Source of the DNA: Azolla caroliniana
Taxonomy: Eukaryota > Plantae > Polypodiophyta
Direction of reading: 5' to 3'
Assembly (NCBI GenBank): GCA_043228905.1
Contig: JBHGNT010000018.1
Location: forward strand, 806,001 to 870,000
DNA length: 64,000 bases
Made by a program: the position numbers and the translations under genes. Shown piece by piece: positions 39,038 to 52,926 of the stretch (positions are counted from its first letter, which is position 1; the number at the start of each line of letters is the position of its first letter). Under the pieces are notes generated by a model. That model made no database searches. It saw only the letters and a program-made list of their open reading frames with translations, and was not told the DNA's origin.

Positions 39038-42000
39038 ATGAAGATGCAATGGAATGGAGGGCGAGGATGGGGCCACGTCATCCTGGTTTTCAGCATCATC
39101 TTCATGGGCTCTGCCACCTGCAAAGCACGATTTCCTGGTAAAAGAATAAAAAATAAAGAATTTCCTTAATTTAATTTAATTAAAATAAATTTTAGTTTTT
39201 AGGAAAATTCTCTCTAGCACAATCCTAGAACGCAGCCTTTTTGTTCATATAATTAATCAATCGATCAATTAATTAATTCGGCCCCCCTTGTCCAGACAAT
39301 TAATTAATTTGTTGAGTGAGGGCATTTTGAGAAATAGAGGAAATTAAAAAATGAATATAGCCCAAGAGCATCTATTATTACTAATATTATTAGACGATTA
39401 ATTATAAATACATTGTTAATTATTTACGAGAAAAAATGAATTCGAATTATCCATATTGTTATTTCTCAAAATGCCCTCATCTATTTTTATGAATTCGCTA
39501 AATGCCCTCTTCCAATTTCTTTATTTCCCGAAATGCCCTTCTTTTTGTTTTCACCGCCCCCAAAATATAGACTTCCCTACCGACGCCAAATAAATTTTGA
39601 TAAATTCCAATTGTTTTACTTATTCATCAGTTTTTCTGACATCAGAATCTGAAACGATTATCAAACTATAGTTGTCTAACATAATTTCTCTATTAAACAA
39701 TGAAAAAAGGGTGAAAAATGCTTGCTTTTTGCCTTTTGCCTTTTGCTTTTTGCTTTTTGCTTTTTTCATTATTATTATTTATCTTTTAACCAACAACCAA
39801 ATCATTGGTATGAGGAAGGCTTCCATTTCCTTTGAGCAAATCCCATCCATTTTGATTTAAGTTCACATATGCAAAATGAGTCACCGACAGTCACTTCTTC
39901 AGCTACTACCACAACCACCCTCTGATCTACAAAATCTCTTTCCCTCATTCATTATGACGGATTCTTATGATTGGAAAAGTGGCCCCACACAATCGCAATG
40001 TGTTCCCATGTGTGTGTGCGCATAAATGCAAGATCAGTTGTAACACACAAAGTGTCGATATGTATCAAAGGTCGATGCCCAAGATTTGTGGGAGATCGTA
40101 AATGAATCTCATAATAGCTCATGAAGGTGGTGGTCATTCCATATAGTTTCACATGTGCACACCAATACAAAAGCTTGTGGGATTAGATGCAACATTGTAT
40201 CAGTTATGTTGTTATGCTATTATGATCCGCTCTTTGCACATGCACAAATGTTCTTAGTATGTTTAATTGATTTTGTTGGCTAGGGTTATCATTGATTGTC
40301 TCGCGTTACCATCAATTGTGTATGTGAGTGCACACTTCTCACTAAGTGCTTGATTAGTCACCCCCCTCATCGATCGTGATTTTGGATATATGTGCCTGGT
40401 GTAATGGGTCCTATGTTACCAGCATTGTTTTATCTAGTTGAACCACCCCCACATCGATCATGATTTTGGATCTTGTGTCATTTTTCTATTGATGTAAGGA
40501 ATTACATTTAAGCCTTCCAACCCCATTGGCCCTGATTGTGGATTTCTTGTCTTTCTTTTATTGAGCTAGGAATTCAGCTATCAATTTATGAATGTTTGGA
40601 TCTAGTTTAATCACTCCTCACCCTAAATGAAACGTGATTAAGGAATTTTTACAAGAAGGTAAAAAACTAACGAATTGCATTATAAATGGCTAGATCTAGT
40701 TTAATCGTCCTCCCTCATTCATCATGACTTGGTTGTTTGTCTGAATTTATTATGTTACACATCCGAATCATGCCATGTGTGGCGCTTGCTTCTTTCGTTA
40801 GAGTTGCCTTTCATTAAAGACTGATATTTTTGTCAAATCATTGGATTATGGACAATGTGCCAACTTCAATTGGAGACAAACCATTTGTATTCATGATCTT
40901 GAACTAAAACAATAAGGAGTAAGGAATGAAACCATGATAGAACTAAAACCAATGGCTTGAAATTGCCCCCCATGAATCTAAGCTTTTCCATTGCATCACA
41001 TAATAAAGTTATAAAGGGCATGATTTTACATTGCATTTTAGCATAGAATGTCTTGTTCATATTCCAACTTTAAGAAATTGAATAGAATTTAACGTCACAA
41101 TTTGGATAATTTCATTATGTCACAAACATAAAACACCCTTTCAAATTAGTCGTTTTATCATGAACACATTTGAATCCCAAGCAATTATGGACCTTCACAC
41201 ATTGATTATCAATAAATAAACGAGGATTGCATGCTTACATAATTAAATCTTGATGAGCAATAAACAACGAGGCAATTGTCATTGCATCTAAGGTATTCGG
41301 ATCTTCTTCATTGGATAGACATGTCTATATAAACTAGAACCTTTAAATTTTGCGAATTGCTACAGAAAAATGATGCACAAGTGAATGAACATGAGCTCAT
41401 GTATGCATTGCTTGCACATTGAGTGTGCTCACTATTTGTACATTTTGCATAGACAAATGTGATGCATCTATTCGTTAAAATTCTTAAAAAATTCGTCGAC
41501 CATATTGAAGGTCATTATGGCAGACATACACTATTAGATGAGAACACAACAATGGGGTTAAAAGTGTACGTCTATGATATGCCAAGCTTGTTCAACAAGG
41601 GGGTTGTCGAGAAGGATATGCGTTGCTTGTCCCACATGTTTGCGACCGAAATACGCATCCACCTTTCCCTTCTTTCGAGTCATGTACGCACATTGGATCC
41701 TAACGAAGCTAATTGGTTCTACACACCTGTGTATACTACATGTGACCTCACACAACAATCTGGCCTTCCATTGATTGATGACATGCCTTACATGATGAAG
41801 AGTGCCATCCAATACATCTCGACTCATTGGCCATATTGGAACAAGACAGATGGTGCTGACCACTTCTTTGTGGTTCCTCATGATTATGGTGCATGCTTCC
41901 ACTTCCAGGTACTGCTTTGTATGCATTTCTCAACAAAGATCATTCTTTTTCGCCTAAGCCTATTAAAAAAGTTGTCAACATCCCTCACTTTAGAATTTTC

Positions 42001-44187
42001 ATTTCAATTTTGAACTTCAAATAAAACTTAAGGAAAAAACAAAACACAAATATGTGTGAATGCATATATGTGTGTGAGAGAGCGTGTGTATGTATATATA
42101 TAGGTCTCATAATTTACTAAAATATAACTCCATATTTTAGAATGTACCCAAGTTACCCTCAAGCATGATTAAGCTTAATTAGTGGTTAGTATTAATTTAT
42201 TTTTTATTAGGATTTATTTTAGAGGATAACAAAATTTCTACAATTAAAATTTGACTAACTCTTGTAACTGATCAACTTATTATTAGTCATCAATGAATTA
42301 ATCTGAAACCTAAATATTGTTTAACTCTAATTAAAACTAACCTACTATATAGTAGATTTAAAAATTTAGGGGTAATTTAATACTAGTTTAAAACCAATTG
42401 GTATTCTAGTAATTGTTTAAGACCAAGTTGTATTAGTCATGTCATCAACATGGTCTATTGAAAACTTTTAAAAAAACTCTTCTTCCACCATCGTGCATAT
42501 TTATGAGCATTGCATCAAACGAAAATATACCATCATCCATCCATCATTATCACGACCCAAGTACAAAATTATTAGCTTACCATGTACCATTATTAAGTAA
42601 AAAAGATAGACAATATTAAAGTATCATTACACCAGTTATCATGAGATGAAAGACATCACATTACCTAGATACACCATTGTTAAGTTATTTTATTATGCAC
42701 CAATGAGATTTGTGCACTTTATGATCCCACAGGAGAGAGAGGCAATCAAGCAAGGAATCTTACCCCTCCTAAAGCATGCAACCCTTGTACAAACATTCGG
42801 GCAAAAGAATCACCCATGTTCGAAAAATAATTCCATCATTATACCTCCTTATGTCTCCCTAAAGAAGATTTTGAACCTCTACACGGTGACTGCCAACACG
42901 CCTAGGTCAACATTCATTTACTTTCGTGGCGTTTTCTATGATGTGGATAACGACCCTGAAGGCGGCCATTATGCTAGGTATGTACGTAATCACACATTTG
43001 GGGAGCTTCATTTCTACCCCATTGTCATGAGAAGGTTTTGACCTCTTCCCACATGCACACTTATTTCCCTTGTCATCGTTCATCCATATAACAAAACATT
43101 TCAGACATTTGTTCATGTCGAAAAAGAGACTAGTTTCCCTTTGTGGTTCCTAGGCAATAGTTATGCCACCATGAGAGTGCACTTAAACATACCTAGCTAA
43201 TTAAAGTGCTGGGAGGGGAGGGATCAAGTCTACATAATTTTCGAACTTAAATCTATATTTCCAATTTAGAACTCATTTCGGGGATAATGTTTCACATGCC
43301 CCTCTATTGGATCTAACTAGGTTGGCTCCATCTCACCTAGAAAAGAAGCTCATAATGTTAGGTTCAAACCGATGTTATGGGAATCACATTGCGAGAAATA
43401 AATATGTCTATATTTCGAGTTCTTGTATGTATATTGTGGTGTGCATGTGTTCCTTTGTGCCACCCTTTTAGCACACCCTTTCTAGCATGCATGTACCTAA
43501 GCCAACCCAAATGGGTACCTTTGTATTAACTATAATTTGAGCACGAAGTAAGTAGCTAAGTAGCTGGTTTTGATCTCTTATGTGCATTTCACAATATGTA
43601 TGGGATTTCGGATTTCGGATTTCGGTCAAATAAAAGACATATATCTTGGTTTTTTTTTACTCATTTAATATGTGTGCAGAGGAGTGAGAGCCTCTATATG
43701 GGAGACATTCAAAGACAACCCACTATTTGATATATCATCAGATCATCCTTCCACATATTATGAAGACATGCAAAGATCCATCTTCTGCTTGTGCCCATTG
43801 GGATGGGCTCCATGGAGCCCCCGGATCGTGGAGGCGGTCGTGTTAGGGTGCATTCCGGTCATAATCGCCGATGACATAGTGTTGCCCTTCGGGGATGTGG
43901 TGCCATGGCAGGAGATTGCCATATTTGTAGCAGAAAAGGATGTGCTGACATTGGACACTATACTTGCATCCATAGACATGGAGACTGTCACCATGAAACA
44001 AAAGTTGCTTTCTGATCCAAGCATAAAACGAGCTCTTCTCTTCCCAAGAGTAGCCCAACATGGAGATGGGTTCCATCAGGTTTTGAATGCTCTTGCTAAG
44101 AAGCTTCCTCATGACATAATGCAGACTCAATCCTCTCTTGATTGGACTTCTGGACCACTTACAGATTTTGCCCCACGGAGGAGCTAG
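39038..44187 (+). CDS. IRX10-like: IRX10-like GT47 (exostosin family) probable xylan xylosyltransferase; exons 39038-39137, 41511-41908, 42733-42977, 43680-44187; ~416 aa
   Basis: LKVYVYDMP, CLSHMFATE, WFYTPVYTTCDL, GADHFFVVPHDYGACFHFQ, DPEGGHYARG, FCLCPLGWAPWSPR, GCIPVIIADDIVLPF; splice phases are compatible. Exon 1 (signal anchor) is less certain, with an alternative ATG at 38984. Confidence 0.92.
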
Positions 44188-44497
44188 ATCCATCATTTGA
44201 CCATTTTAGACCATCGGAAGAAGCCAAACCTGAGAAGAAACTGATAATCAATTTGAGCCTAACACTTTGCATCTGTGGAGCATCAATAATCATGCAAAAA
44301 AGAGGTGTATAAATTAAAGAGCCATGGCCTAGAAGGAACACATGTATATAGACCTCTCCTTGGTATGCCATGAGAGGTTAAAAACTTTTGCTCTAGGGGC
44401 TATAAATTAAGAAGAAGATTTTGTTTACTTAGTTCTTAGGATCATTGCAATTGAGAGTACACATTGAGATTACAACAAAAATGGTGTGTTGATATCA

Positions 44498-44700
44498 ATT
44501 CAGATTGAGAATGTGTGGAAAGCAAACTTGAATGTGATCGAACACATGAGAGGAGTGTAGCAAGACGCGATACTCAAAACTAGTAAACGTGTTTCTAGCG
44601 CACATTGTGATTGATTCAGATTGAGAATGTGTGGGGTGCAAACCTAAATGTGATCAAACACATGAGAGGAGTGTAGCAAAACGTGACACTCAAAATTGAT
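44498..44700. repeat. ~117-bp diverged tandem duplication, similar to 12880-12980
   Basis: TTCAGATTGAGAATGTGTGG...CACATGAGAGGAGTGTAGCAA occurs twice. Confidence 0.75.
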
Positions 44701-45797
44701 AAACTTGTTTCAATAAAAACATGCATAGTCAATGAGTCTCCTCACCTATGCCCCCATCTAACCTTGAGTAGAATTTGTGGTAAATTGCATGGAAGAAATG
44801 GTGCAAGTGGGGTTTCCCCGTTAGGAGAAAAAGATTGTTTGGTAGTTTGGTGCAACAAATGTAATATCATTTGTAAATGTGAGCCTCCTAATCTTTCCCG
44901 AGTCATGATGCATTAGAATTGCACCAAAAGTGCCATGAAGGACTCTATTGATGGATCAAAAAACAAATATAGTGCACTCCATTCTCCAAATCATTTCTTC
45001 ATATGTTGCATCCATCTAGAAGTCAATGTTTTAGTTTGTTGTGTCTTTGATTTTATTCACTTCCTTCCCACACAATTCTACAAAGTCAATACACTTCATG
45101 TGCCCATCATACCAATAGGAAGTGATATTGATTCAAGAAATTGGAGCATGTATGACATTTGTATCTCAAAGGGTAGAAACTTCGTATAATCTTTCTAATA
45201 TTTAACATGTATTCAACAACCTTTTGTTATGCTCTTGCTTTCAATGGAAAGTGATCCAATCTCACGAAGTGGGGCATGAATGGCATTTTATCTTGAATGG
45301 AAGAAATTTCATGAGAAACTCCTTATAACATGAAGAAATTTCTTTACTAGATTTAGAGATGTTATTGCCGTGATCATAACAAGAAGTGATCTAGATTCAA
45401 GTAGGTGCATGTATGGAATTTGAATCTCAAATGGAAGAAATTTCGTGAGAAAGCGCTTTTGAATATTTTCAAACTCTATTTAATTGAGACTTTAAACCCA
45501 TAGAAAAGCACCAGGCTCGTAGAATTGTCAAAGAGGTAATTTCTTGAGCAACCAATATTTTATTTCTTCTCCATTGCATACATTGTCAAAAGCATATTTC
45601 TCCATTGATTCAAGAAATTGCAATCATATAGTCACTTTGCACTTTAAAGTCTGCCATGCGTCTCCAAAGAAAAAGACTTCTTAAAGCTCGGAAGCAACAA
45701 TAGAGTCTTTTATCTTTCAAAGAACTTCCCTCCATTTGCACTTGAAGAGCAATAAGGTGATCAATGATGTTATGAATCTTTCGAAAAGTAATTGGTC

Positions 45798-45859
<62 letters not shown>

Positions 45860-46245
45860 GGAGAGGGGGAGAGGGAGAGGGGGGGAGAGGGAGGGATGGA
45901 TTTTATCATTGTCCTCAAAAGTCAAATATGATCTACGAAGCCAAAAGTGAAACATTTCTACATATAATGTATGGGAGTAGTGACTCTCAATGTTCAAGAA
46001 TTTTACTCATAACATTGCACTCAAGAACGCAGATTGTGATTGTGATTGGAATGTTATGGAATACAAAGGGGTGAGCTCTAGCATATATTAGCATTACTAG
46101 AAAACAAATGAACTACACTAGAATAATACTTGGTAAATAACTCAAACCAATGTTAGTAATTATAGCTTAACAAGTTAAATGGTAACACTCAAACACTAGA
46201 AAACCCTAAGCACCAACTTCACCCATCATCACTTTTGGAATATCA

Positions 46246-46510
46246 ATGCCTAGATACCCCTCTGTGCTAAAATCACTAGCAACTTTTGTCGAATCAACAA
46301 ACTAGTTCCAAAGTTTGAGAGATGAAGATGTCAACAACAATGTAGAACAACTCAAAAACATAATCCAAATTTACAAGCCCATCTCTTTTGTTGCAACCTT
46401 TTTGTTCATGCTCAATGACCAAGACAAAGTTTGGTTCTGAGCCCTTCTTGAAGACATGTTAAATGATTTCAAACAAGTAAAAGAAGAATTCATAACCAGG
46501 TTTGCAAGTT
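46246..46510 (+). mobile_element. Degenerate gypsy gag fragment
   Basis: Translates as FQSLRDEDVNNNVEQL...FLFMLNDQDKVWF*AL...FKQVKEEFITRF, a retrotransposon gag pattern. Confidence 0.5.
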
Positions 46511-46847
46511 GAGAACAAAGTGGAAAATGCTTCCTATTCACAATTATTGTTGTCTTCATCATGAAGATATGATGTTGTGTTAGGTGTTTGGAAAGTCCTC
46601 CTCTTTCTAATGTTTTTGTTTCTACTTTTGGTACCATATTAGGCTTGGAAGTCCACATCTTGCAAACATGGTTGTCATGTGCTTTCAATGTTTTTTTTCC
46701 CTAGAAAATATCCTTTCATTAGTTATAAACAGTTATTACAAGCATGTTGACCTACCATCAAGCTACCATTGGTATGTTGCATTCTTCCTTAGGTTCCCAT
46801 CCCTAAAGGATAAATAGTATCAACACTCCACCACTCCATAACCTAGT

Positions 46848-47605
46848 TATGTGATTGGTGGTAGGAACAACCATAGTGGTGGTGCTAAGCACCATTTGGG
46901 TCTTGCATTTTGTAATGTGAGAAAAATGGCATTCTTCCAATAGGCAATAAATTCTAGGCGCTGCAACACTGTGGCATCTGTCTCACCTTTAATTTCATCA
47001 TACAGTCCTTTCAAGGTTTACACCATCTGCATCTAGACATTCCGTACACTTTCCATTGGATGAACAATAGTATTACCAAACACCTTAGAACACCTAGAAG
47101 TCCAAATAAACCACATTATGGTGGTGCATAGCAGCTCCCATACTTCTTGCATTGCCTTTAACATATAAGGAGCTTCCATATGACTTCGTTGCACTATTGT
47201 TATCCTTCCTCTTTGAATTCTAATAATCGTATCATTTGGACATGCCTCATATGGCCACATCATTTGTGTCATTGTAGCCCATACTATCATACCCCACGAA
47301 AAATAGTCATTCCTAAACATAAAGGTTAGAATCCTAAACATAAAGGTTAGAATTAGAAACACTCGTCTCCAAACTTGGTGTGCAACATGAAATTCCCACA
47401 AGCAATGTTTCAATGTCTCCACCCGGAAACTACAATAGATGTCACATCATTTGTGCCATTGTAGCCCATACTATCATACCCCACGAAAAATTGCCATTCC
47501 TAAACATAAAGGTTAGAATTCGAAACACTCATCTCCAAACTTGTTGTGCAACTTGACATTCCCACAAGCAATGTTTCAATGTCTCCACCCGACAACTACA
47601 ATAGA
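46848..47605 (-). mobile_element. L1-like LINE 3' remnant with internal tandem duplications
   Basis: ETLKHCLWE, WFIWTSRCSKVF, ends APPLWLFLPPIT*; ~47259-47440 is duplicated at ~47447-47605. Confidence 0.78.
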
Positions 47606-47689
47606 TGCATGTGCTTTCAATGTTCTCACCCAAATAGTGTGCTTAATGGCATTCTTCCTTTCGATGCCTTGGGGTTTGTGGTTGTCATA

Positions 47690-48380
47690 TTCCTCGTCAA
47701 TACCATTCAACATTGATGTGCGGTGTGAGAGCATGGGTGATGCTTCTCCATAATAATGGTTGTCCTAGGTACACCAAATTGCGATGATGAGTTGTTGAGA
47801 CATACATGCACCATCTCATCCTCATCAATCTGTAGATCGATGGAGGCAATAGAATCATACAACAATTCTTGATCTTGATGGTGTAGTCGTTGATCAACTT
47901 GCCCCTTTGTTGTTATAATCTTGTTCAACTATTTTTGGAGTCGACGCTTGCTTGGTAGTTGTATTTCTAGTTAGCATCTAACATAGATTTTTGCGCACAT
48001 CTTGATGTTAGACAACACATCACATGATCAACCCTTATTGCCATTTGGTAAGACCATCACTTATTGGATTCAACATGTTCACCAAGTATTTGTCAATGTT
48101 GTCCCTAGTATTCTTTTTTGACAAAGAATTGTCATTTTGCACATAAAACTCCAATATAAGTACACAGAGAAGTTAAAATATTCAATTAAGTGGCAATGGG
48201 AGAGTGAGTGGGATATCTAAGGTATCCACTTTATTCACTAGAAAAGGCATCTCTCAATTCAACACCCCCACCTCCCCCCCAAGGAGTGTGTGTTGGAAAA
48301 CAACGCTTGTAATTGAGCTTGTTATCTCAACAAAAATGTGGTTGAGTTTGTTATTCAACATGCCCCTTAAGCTCAACTAT
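47690..48380 (-). mobile_element. Degenerate copia gag and LTR-junction fragments
   Basis: SIDLQIDEDEMVHVCL matches SISVNIDDDEMVQICL of the copia at 11.1 kb; minus-strand TTGAGCTTAAGGGGCA-TGTTGA resembles a PPT-LTR junction. Confidence 0.6.
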
Positions 48381-48543
48381 GATGTACGGTCATTTGTGTG
48401 ATGATCTTGAATTTCTTTATTGCGCTTTGGCTACCGCTCTTGCAACTTTAAATTCATAAAATAAAATGAAAAGTTAAAATTTTTAAAAGAGGTTTGTTGA
48501 TATCTGTATTTTGCATAATCAAATTGATGATCTTTGTGTTACT

Positions 48544-48860
48544 ATGGAGTTTACTTTATTATTTGGCCGTAATTGTACCATATCTACTTCAAGAAAACTC
48601 CCCAAGAGAAACCTAATAAATAAAGGGAAATTGTTTACCATGGAGTTTACTTTATTATTTGGCCATAATTGTACCATATCTACTTCAAGAAAACTCCCAA
48701 AGAGAAACCTAATCAATCAAAGGAAATTGTTTGCTATGGAGTTTTATTATTTGGACTTAATTGTACCACATCTACTTCAAGAAAGCTCCCAAAGAGAAAC
48801 CTAATCAATTAAGGCAAAATCATTTGCTATAGAGTTTAAATTATTATTTGGCCATAATTT
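48544..48860. repeat. ~96-bp tandem repeat, about 3.3 copies
   Basis: ATGGAGTTTACTTTATTATTTGGCC...AAGAGAAACCTAAT units near 48544, 48640, 48737 and 48830. Confidence 0.9.
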
Positions 48861-49189
48861 TGGAGAATATCCTTTCCCAAAAATAAAGGGAAATTGTTTG
48901 GATCTATCTAATAAAATTGCATTGTTATGTCTTTTGCCAATAGTTAAGCTTACTTAATCTAGGATTGAGAGATAAAGTGTGTTATCTAGGACACATATAA
49001 TACATTTGTGCCAGAGTGATGTACAAAGAGAGACTTACATGGTTTGCATTGATAGAAGAACATAATATCAATTGATTAATTGATTATCTTCAACAAACAA
49101 AAAAATAGAATTATCAAAGGAATGCTTGCTAAACTCATATTCTTTGAACAAAAGGGAGGAGCCTATAAGGAAATGAGGGCTTGAAGGAA

Positions 49190-50269
49190 CTAATGGTGAC
49201 AATGGTGACTTGTGTGGTCTAGTTGTATGCGAGCAAGAGTGTGTTGGAACTCGGAAAGAGAGCAAGGAAGGACAAGGCCACCTTGTTGACGGAAGCCAAA
49301 CTCGTCCTGTGCGCGGCGTAGGAGCACTTGGAAGTCTGGGTGGTTCAAGTATGAAATGGGGACAACAAGCCTTTGATGTCCGTCATCAACATAGAGCGCG
49401 ACATGGCCTTTGGGCGGGGTAGCATAGTGGATCTTGGCATGTGATTGTCGAGACATGTATGCATGTTGATGTTCATAATGGTCATATTTATTAACGGTAC
49501 GTAAAGTCGGGCCATGTCGACTCGCCATGGTGAATGTCGGATGCCATATCGGTAAACTGATGGAGCGCGTTAAGAGTTTCCCAAGATTGAGATGGTCATG
49601 ATGATGATGTGTCGAGCCATTGGCATCATTGTGGTCACCATGATGGGCCATGCCATGCCCATCCCTATGCTCATCTTGAGGGGTCATCCCATGTCTAGCA
49701 TGACCTTCATCATGATTGGTATAGTTATGTTGTTCATCATGATGGGCATGATGGGATATGTCATGCTCACCACCATGATAGGATCTGTCATGACCATCAT
49801 GATAGGATCTGTCATGTTCATCATTATGGGTCATGCTATCTCTACTATCATGTAGACCATCATGATGAGTCATGCCATTTCCATCACATGATGCATGATG
49901 ATGGTGATGATGATGACTATGAGAAAGATGAAGAAGAAGAGACTTGAAAGAAGGAACTAAGCGTAGCTTAGTAGTAGAAGAAGAATGATTAGGAAGGATT
50001 GCAATTTCTTCTGCATCTTCTTTTATCTGATTAATCTCATCGTTACCTGAAGAACCCACTTCCTCATCATCTTCATCCTCGTCCCTTGCATTGAATTGGG
50101 CCTCTGAGGGTGTGATTATATGAAGTGGGAAGCACATAACATGGTTTTTTGATCCATTAACCTGAGGCATGTTTTTCAGATGATGATGGTGATGGTGATG
50201 ATGATGATGATGAGAATGGAAGAAGCTTAGATGGCTATGGCGTAGTCTCTTCAGGTATTTATTGGCCAT
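49190..50269 (-). CDS. SAUR: SAUR (auxin-inducible) family protein with a ~280-aa His-rich N-terminal extension, intronless, 359 aa
   Basis: C-terminal PKGHVALYVDDGHQRLVVPISYLNHPDFQVLLRRAQDEFGFRQQGGLVLPC; uninterrupted ORF from the ATG at 50269. Confidence 0.9.
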   Translation of the reverse strand: MANKYLKRLRHSHLSFFHSHHHHHHHHHHHLKNMPQVNGSKNHVMCFPLHIITPSEAQFNARDEDEDDEEVGSSGNDEINQIKEDAEEIAILPNHSSSTTKLRLVPSFKSLLLHLSHSHHHHHHHASCDGNGMTHHDGLHDSRDSMTHNDEHDRSYHDGHDRSYHGGEHDISHHAHHDEQHNYTNHDEGHARHGMTPQDEHRDGHGMAHHGDHNDANGSTHHHHDHLNLGKLLTRSISLPIWHPTFTMASRHGPTLRTVNKYDHYEHQHAYMSRQSHAKIHYATPPKGHVALYVDDGHQRLVVPISYLNHPDFQVLLRRAQDEFGFRQQGGLVLPCSLSEFQHTLARIQLDHTSHHCHH

Positions 50270-50365
50270 TCTGAAGCTCAAAATCACAGCTTTAATGGAG
50301 ACCTTGGAATAATACTGGGCTCCAATTTAAAGGGAAAAACAGAGGGAGAGTGTGAGAAAGTAAGT

Positions 50366-50424
<59 letters not shown>

Positions 50425-50477
50425 ATCGTGGCCGTCCATATCCATAAGTGGAGGGGATTAGATTCAATCCCCGCTTG

Positions 50478-50562
50478 ACATGTGTCATGCTCTCATTCAT
50501 CCACTCCTTGCCACATGTCATGCTCTCATTTGCCACTCCTTGCCACATGTCATCCTCTCATT
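50478..50562. promoter_or_regulatory. ~32-bp tandem repeat with CACATG/TGTC motifs in the SAUR upstream region
   Basis: (C)ACATGTCATGCTCTCATT-like core three times, 200-300 bp upstream of the ATG. Confidence 0.5.
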
Positions 50563-52926
50563 AATGCAATAGCGTTTAATTCCACGCGTGTCACGTTTGT
50601 CCCGCCCCTCCAATTCCTAAGGCCTCCATAGAATCTAATCCTAGAGACCTATGCGTAAATTAGTCGACCGAAAATCTTTGTCCGAGATCCTCCCTTAGGA
50701 TTACAAGCTCTTCTGCAGACCCGCCCACCCCTTCATTAATGATCGTTGCATTCTACTGTCCATTTCACACCATTCCTTTTCGAGAAGACGACTTCTAGAC
50801 ATGGCGATGCCTTTATATTGCCACCGTGTTTCTTTTGCAGACCACCCATCCCTTTACTTTTGTCACCCCTCGTTGGTCCATCCATTTCTAAGGTCTCGGA
50901 AAAAATCTATATCTCTATGTCACCTTCCCCCACCAAAACAAAATCATTGTTCTAGATCTCCCTTTAGACTACATGTATCGCCTCATTATTAGTGCCCCTA
51001 TTCCTCTTCCACCCACCATTCCTTGTGGCATGTGCCGTGTTTCCTTTTCCCACTCTACATGCTCTCAACGATGGATATGATGTTATGTCATCGTTTCTTG
51101 GAGATGCCATTTTCCAATCATATAGCAGAGGATGTAAAACTACCTCTCTCATTCTAACATGTCCTCTTCAGGACTCCTACTTTCCTTCACAATACATGTT
51201 CCCTCTTTTGTCTATATCCATGGTACCTACCTCCATTATTTTCCTCTAACTTTTTGTACCATTGCCCCACATAAATATCATTTGCTTTCTCTTAGCCTTA
51301 TGTTCTCTTTACATGCCTCCTACCCATGTGATAGAACATGGCCCAACCCCATGCCACATTCTCATTGCACTATAGTTGCATGGATAACATTCGTATAGAA
51401 CGCCTTTTCTATTAATTGCCTAGCATTTTACAAATGCCACATACTTTAGTGTGAACCAATATAGTTCCTAACCTATCCCTCACACAAAGGGCCACAATGG
51501 AATAATACCCTCCACTAACGCCAACATAACACATATGATATACCTTATGCTTAATATTAATAACAAAACAACATTATGTCCTCCAATTTCTAATCCGTAT
51601 AGTCATTGAGCATTTCGTTCTTCCAAATTCAAAAGGAAACGAAAATAAATGACCACTTCAACTTATTTATTTTTGGGGGGAGAGTGGTAGGGAAACTTCA
51701 CATTCCATGTTCGCAAATTGGGTGGCGTTATCTCAAAACTTTCATATGCTTAATCATTCAAATTTTTATTTTTATTTTTTCCAAAACATATTTGACACTT
51801 TTCTTCAAAGTTAAATACCATGATTTTATTCCTTAAGGGCATCCACATATATGGTATCTATCTTTCTTAGAGAAAGAACACACATAATACTTAGATAAAT
51901 ATTAGTTTCCACATATTTTATTCCAATGCAAAATCTAATATTACAAATAAAAGTGATGCCCATAACATGAGTTTTATGTAAATTATTACCACATTAGTTG
52001 GATGTTCTCATTTGAATATAATATCTCTTTGGCAAAATATCTCGTAATAAGTTACTCTATGATTCTCATACTTTTTACATGCTTTTGCTTCATTTTTAAG
52101 ATGTTGCTTTGACAAAGAAATAGTTTGACACGTTTCCTTGGCGAACAATATCTATATAGAGATAATGAGTGCAAGATATGTTAAACATTGACATGAAAGT
52201 AATTCATAAGCAAAAAGATTGATAACACATGATAAACAATGTCCTTAGTAGTCTAGTTGTTCATTGAGGATAAATGATCATGATTTTAAAGACTAGGATA
52301 ACAGGTTTTAGAGTTTAGGGTCTTGATTATACCTTGGATTATTGGAAAACTCTTGATGCCAAATTCATCCTTTGATGTTTGTAAAAAATATTGTCTTATA
52401 CTAGACCATCTTCCTACCACAAAATGTGGGACTGATCTATTTATTTTGTTTTCCAAGTTGATATATCAGTTCAGAATCCAAATCACTCAATTTTTTTACA
52501 CTTTAACCATGTCAAGCTATATGGGAGCTCGAGTAGTGCATTTTACGATTGTGCCATGTAACTCAAACCATTATTTCATTTCAACATAGCAACAATAAAT
52601 ATCTCCATGTTCTGCAAGTTGTTTTAAAGACATAAGTGCTAACCTTGAGTACCTTCATTTAGGGAGCTTCCAAAGTCAATGCTTATTGGTCATTAATCAA
52701 AATAATGCTTCGATGATTATTTGAAGTTGCTCCCATCTTTGTTTGGATTATATATCATGGGACATTGATGCTTTGCTCCTTATCACACGGGCAATAATCG
52801 TGACTAAAGGTCTCTCTAAATCATTCCGCTTATTTGCCTTGTTAAGACTCAATCCTTAGGTTTCTACCCATAGAGGAGAGTTGGTGCGCAAGTGTATTCA
52901 ATAGCCACAATTTCCTTTGTGGCTTT

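Noticed and set aside
39319-39540. Short inverted repeat GAGGGCATTTTGAGAAATA in GT47 intron 1
   Set aside because: Probably a decayed MITE, but no boundaries or TSD can be defined.
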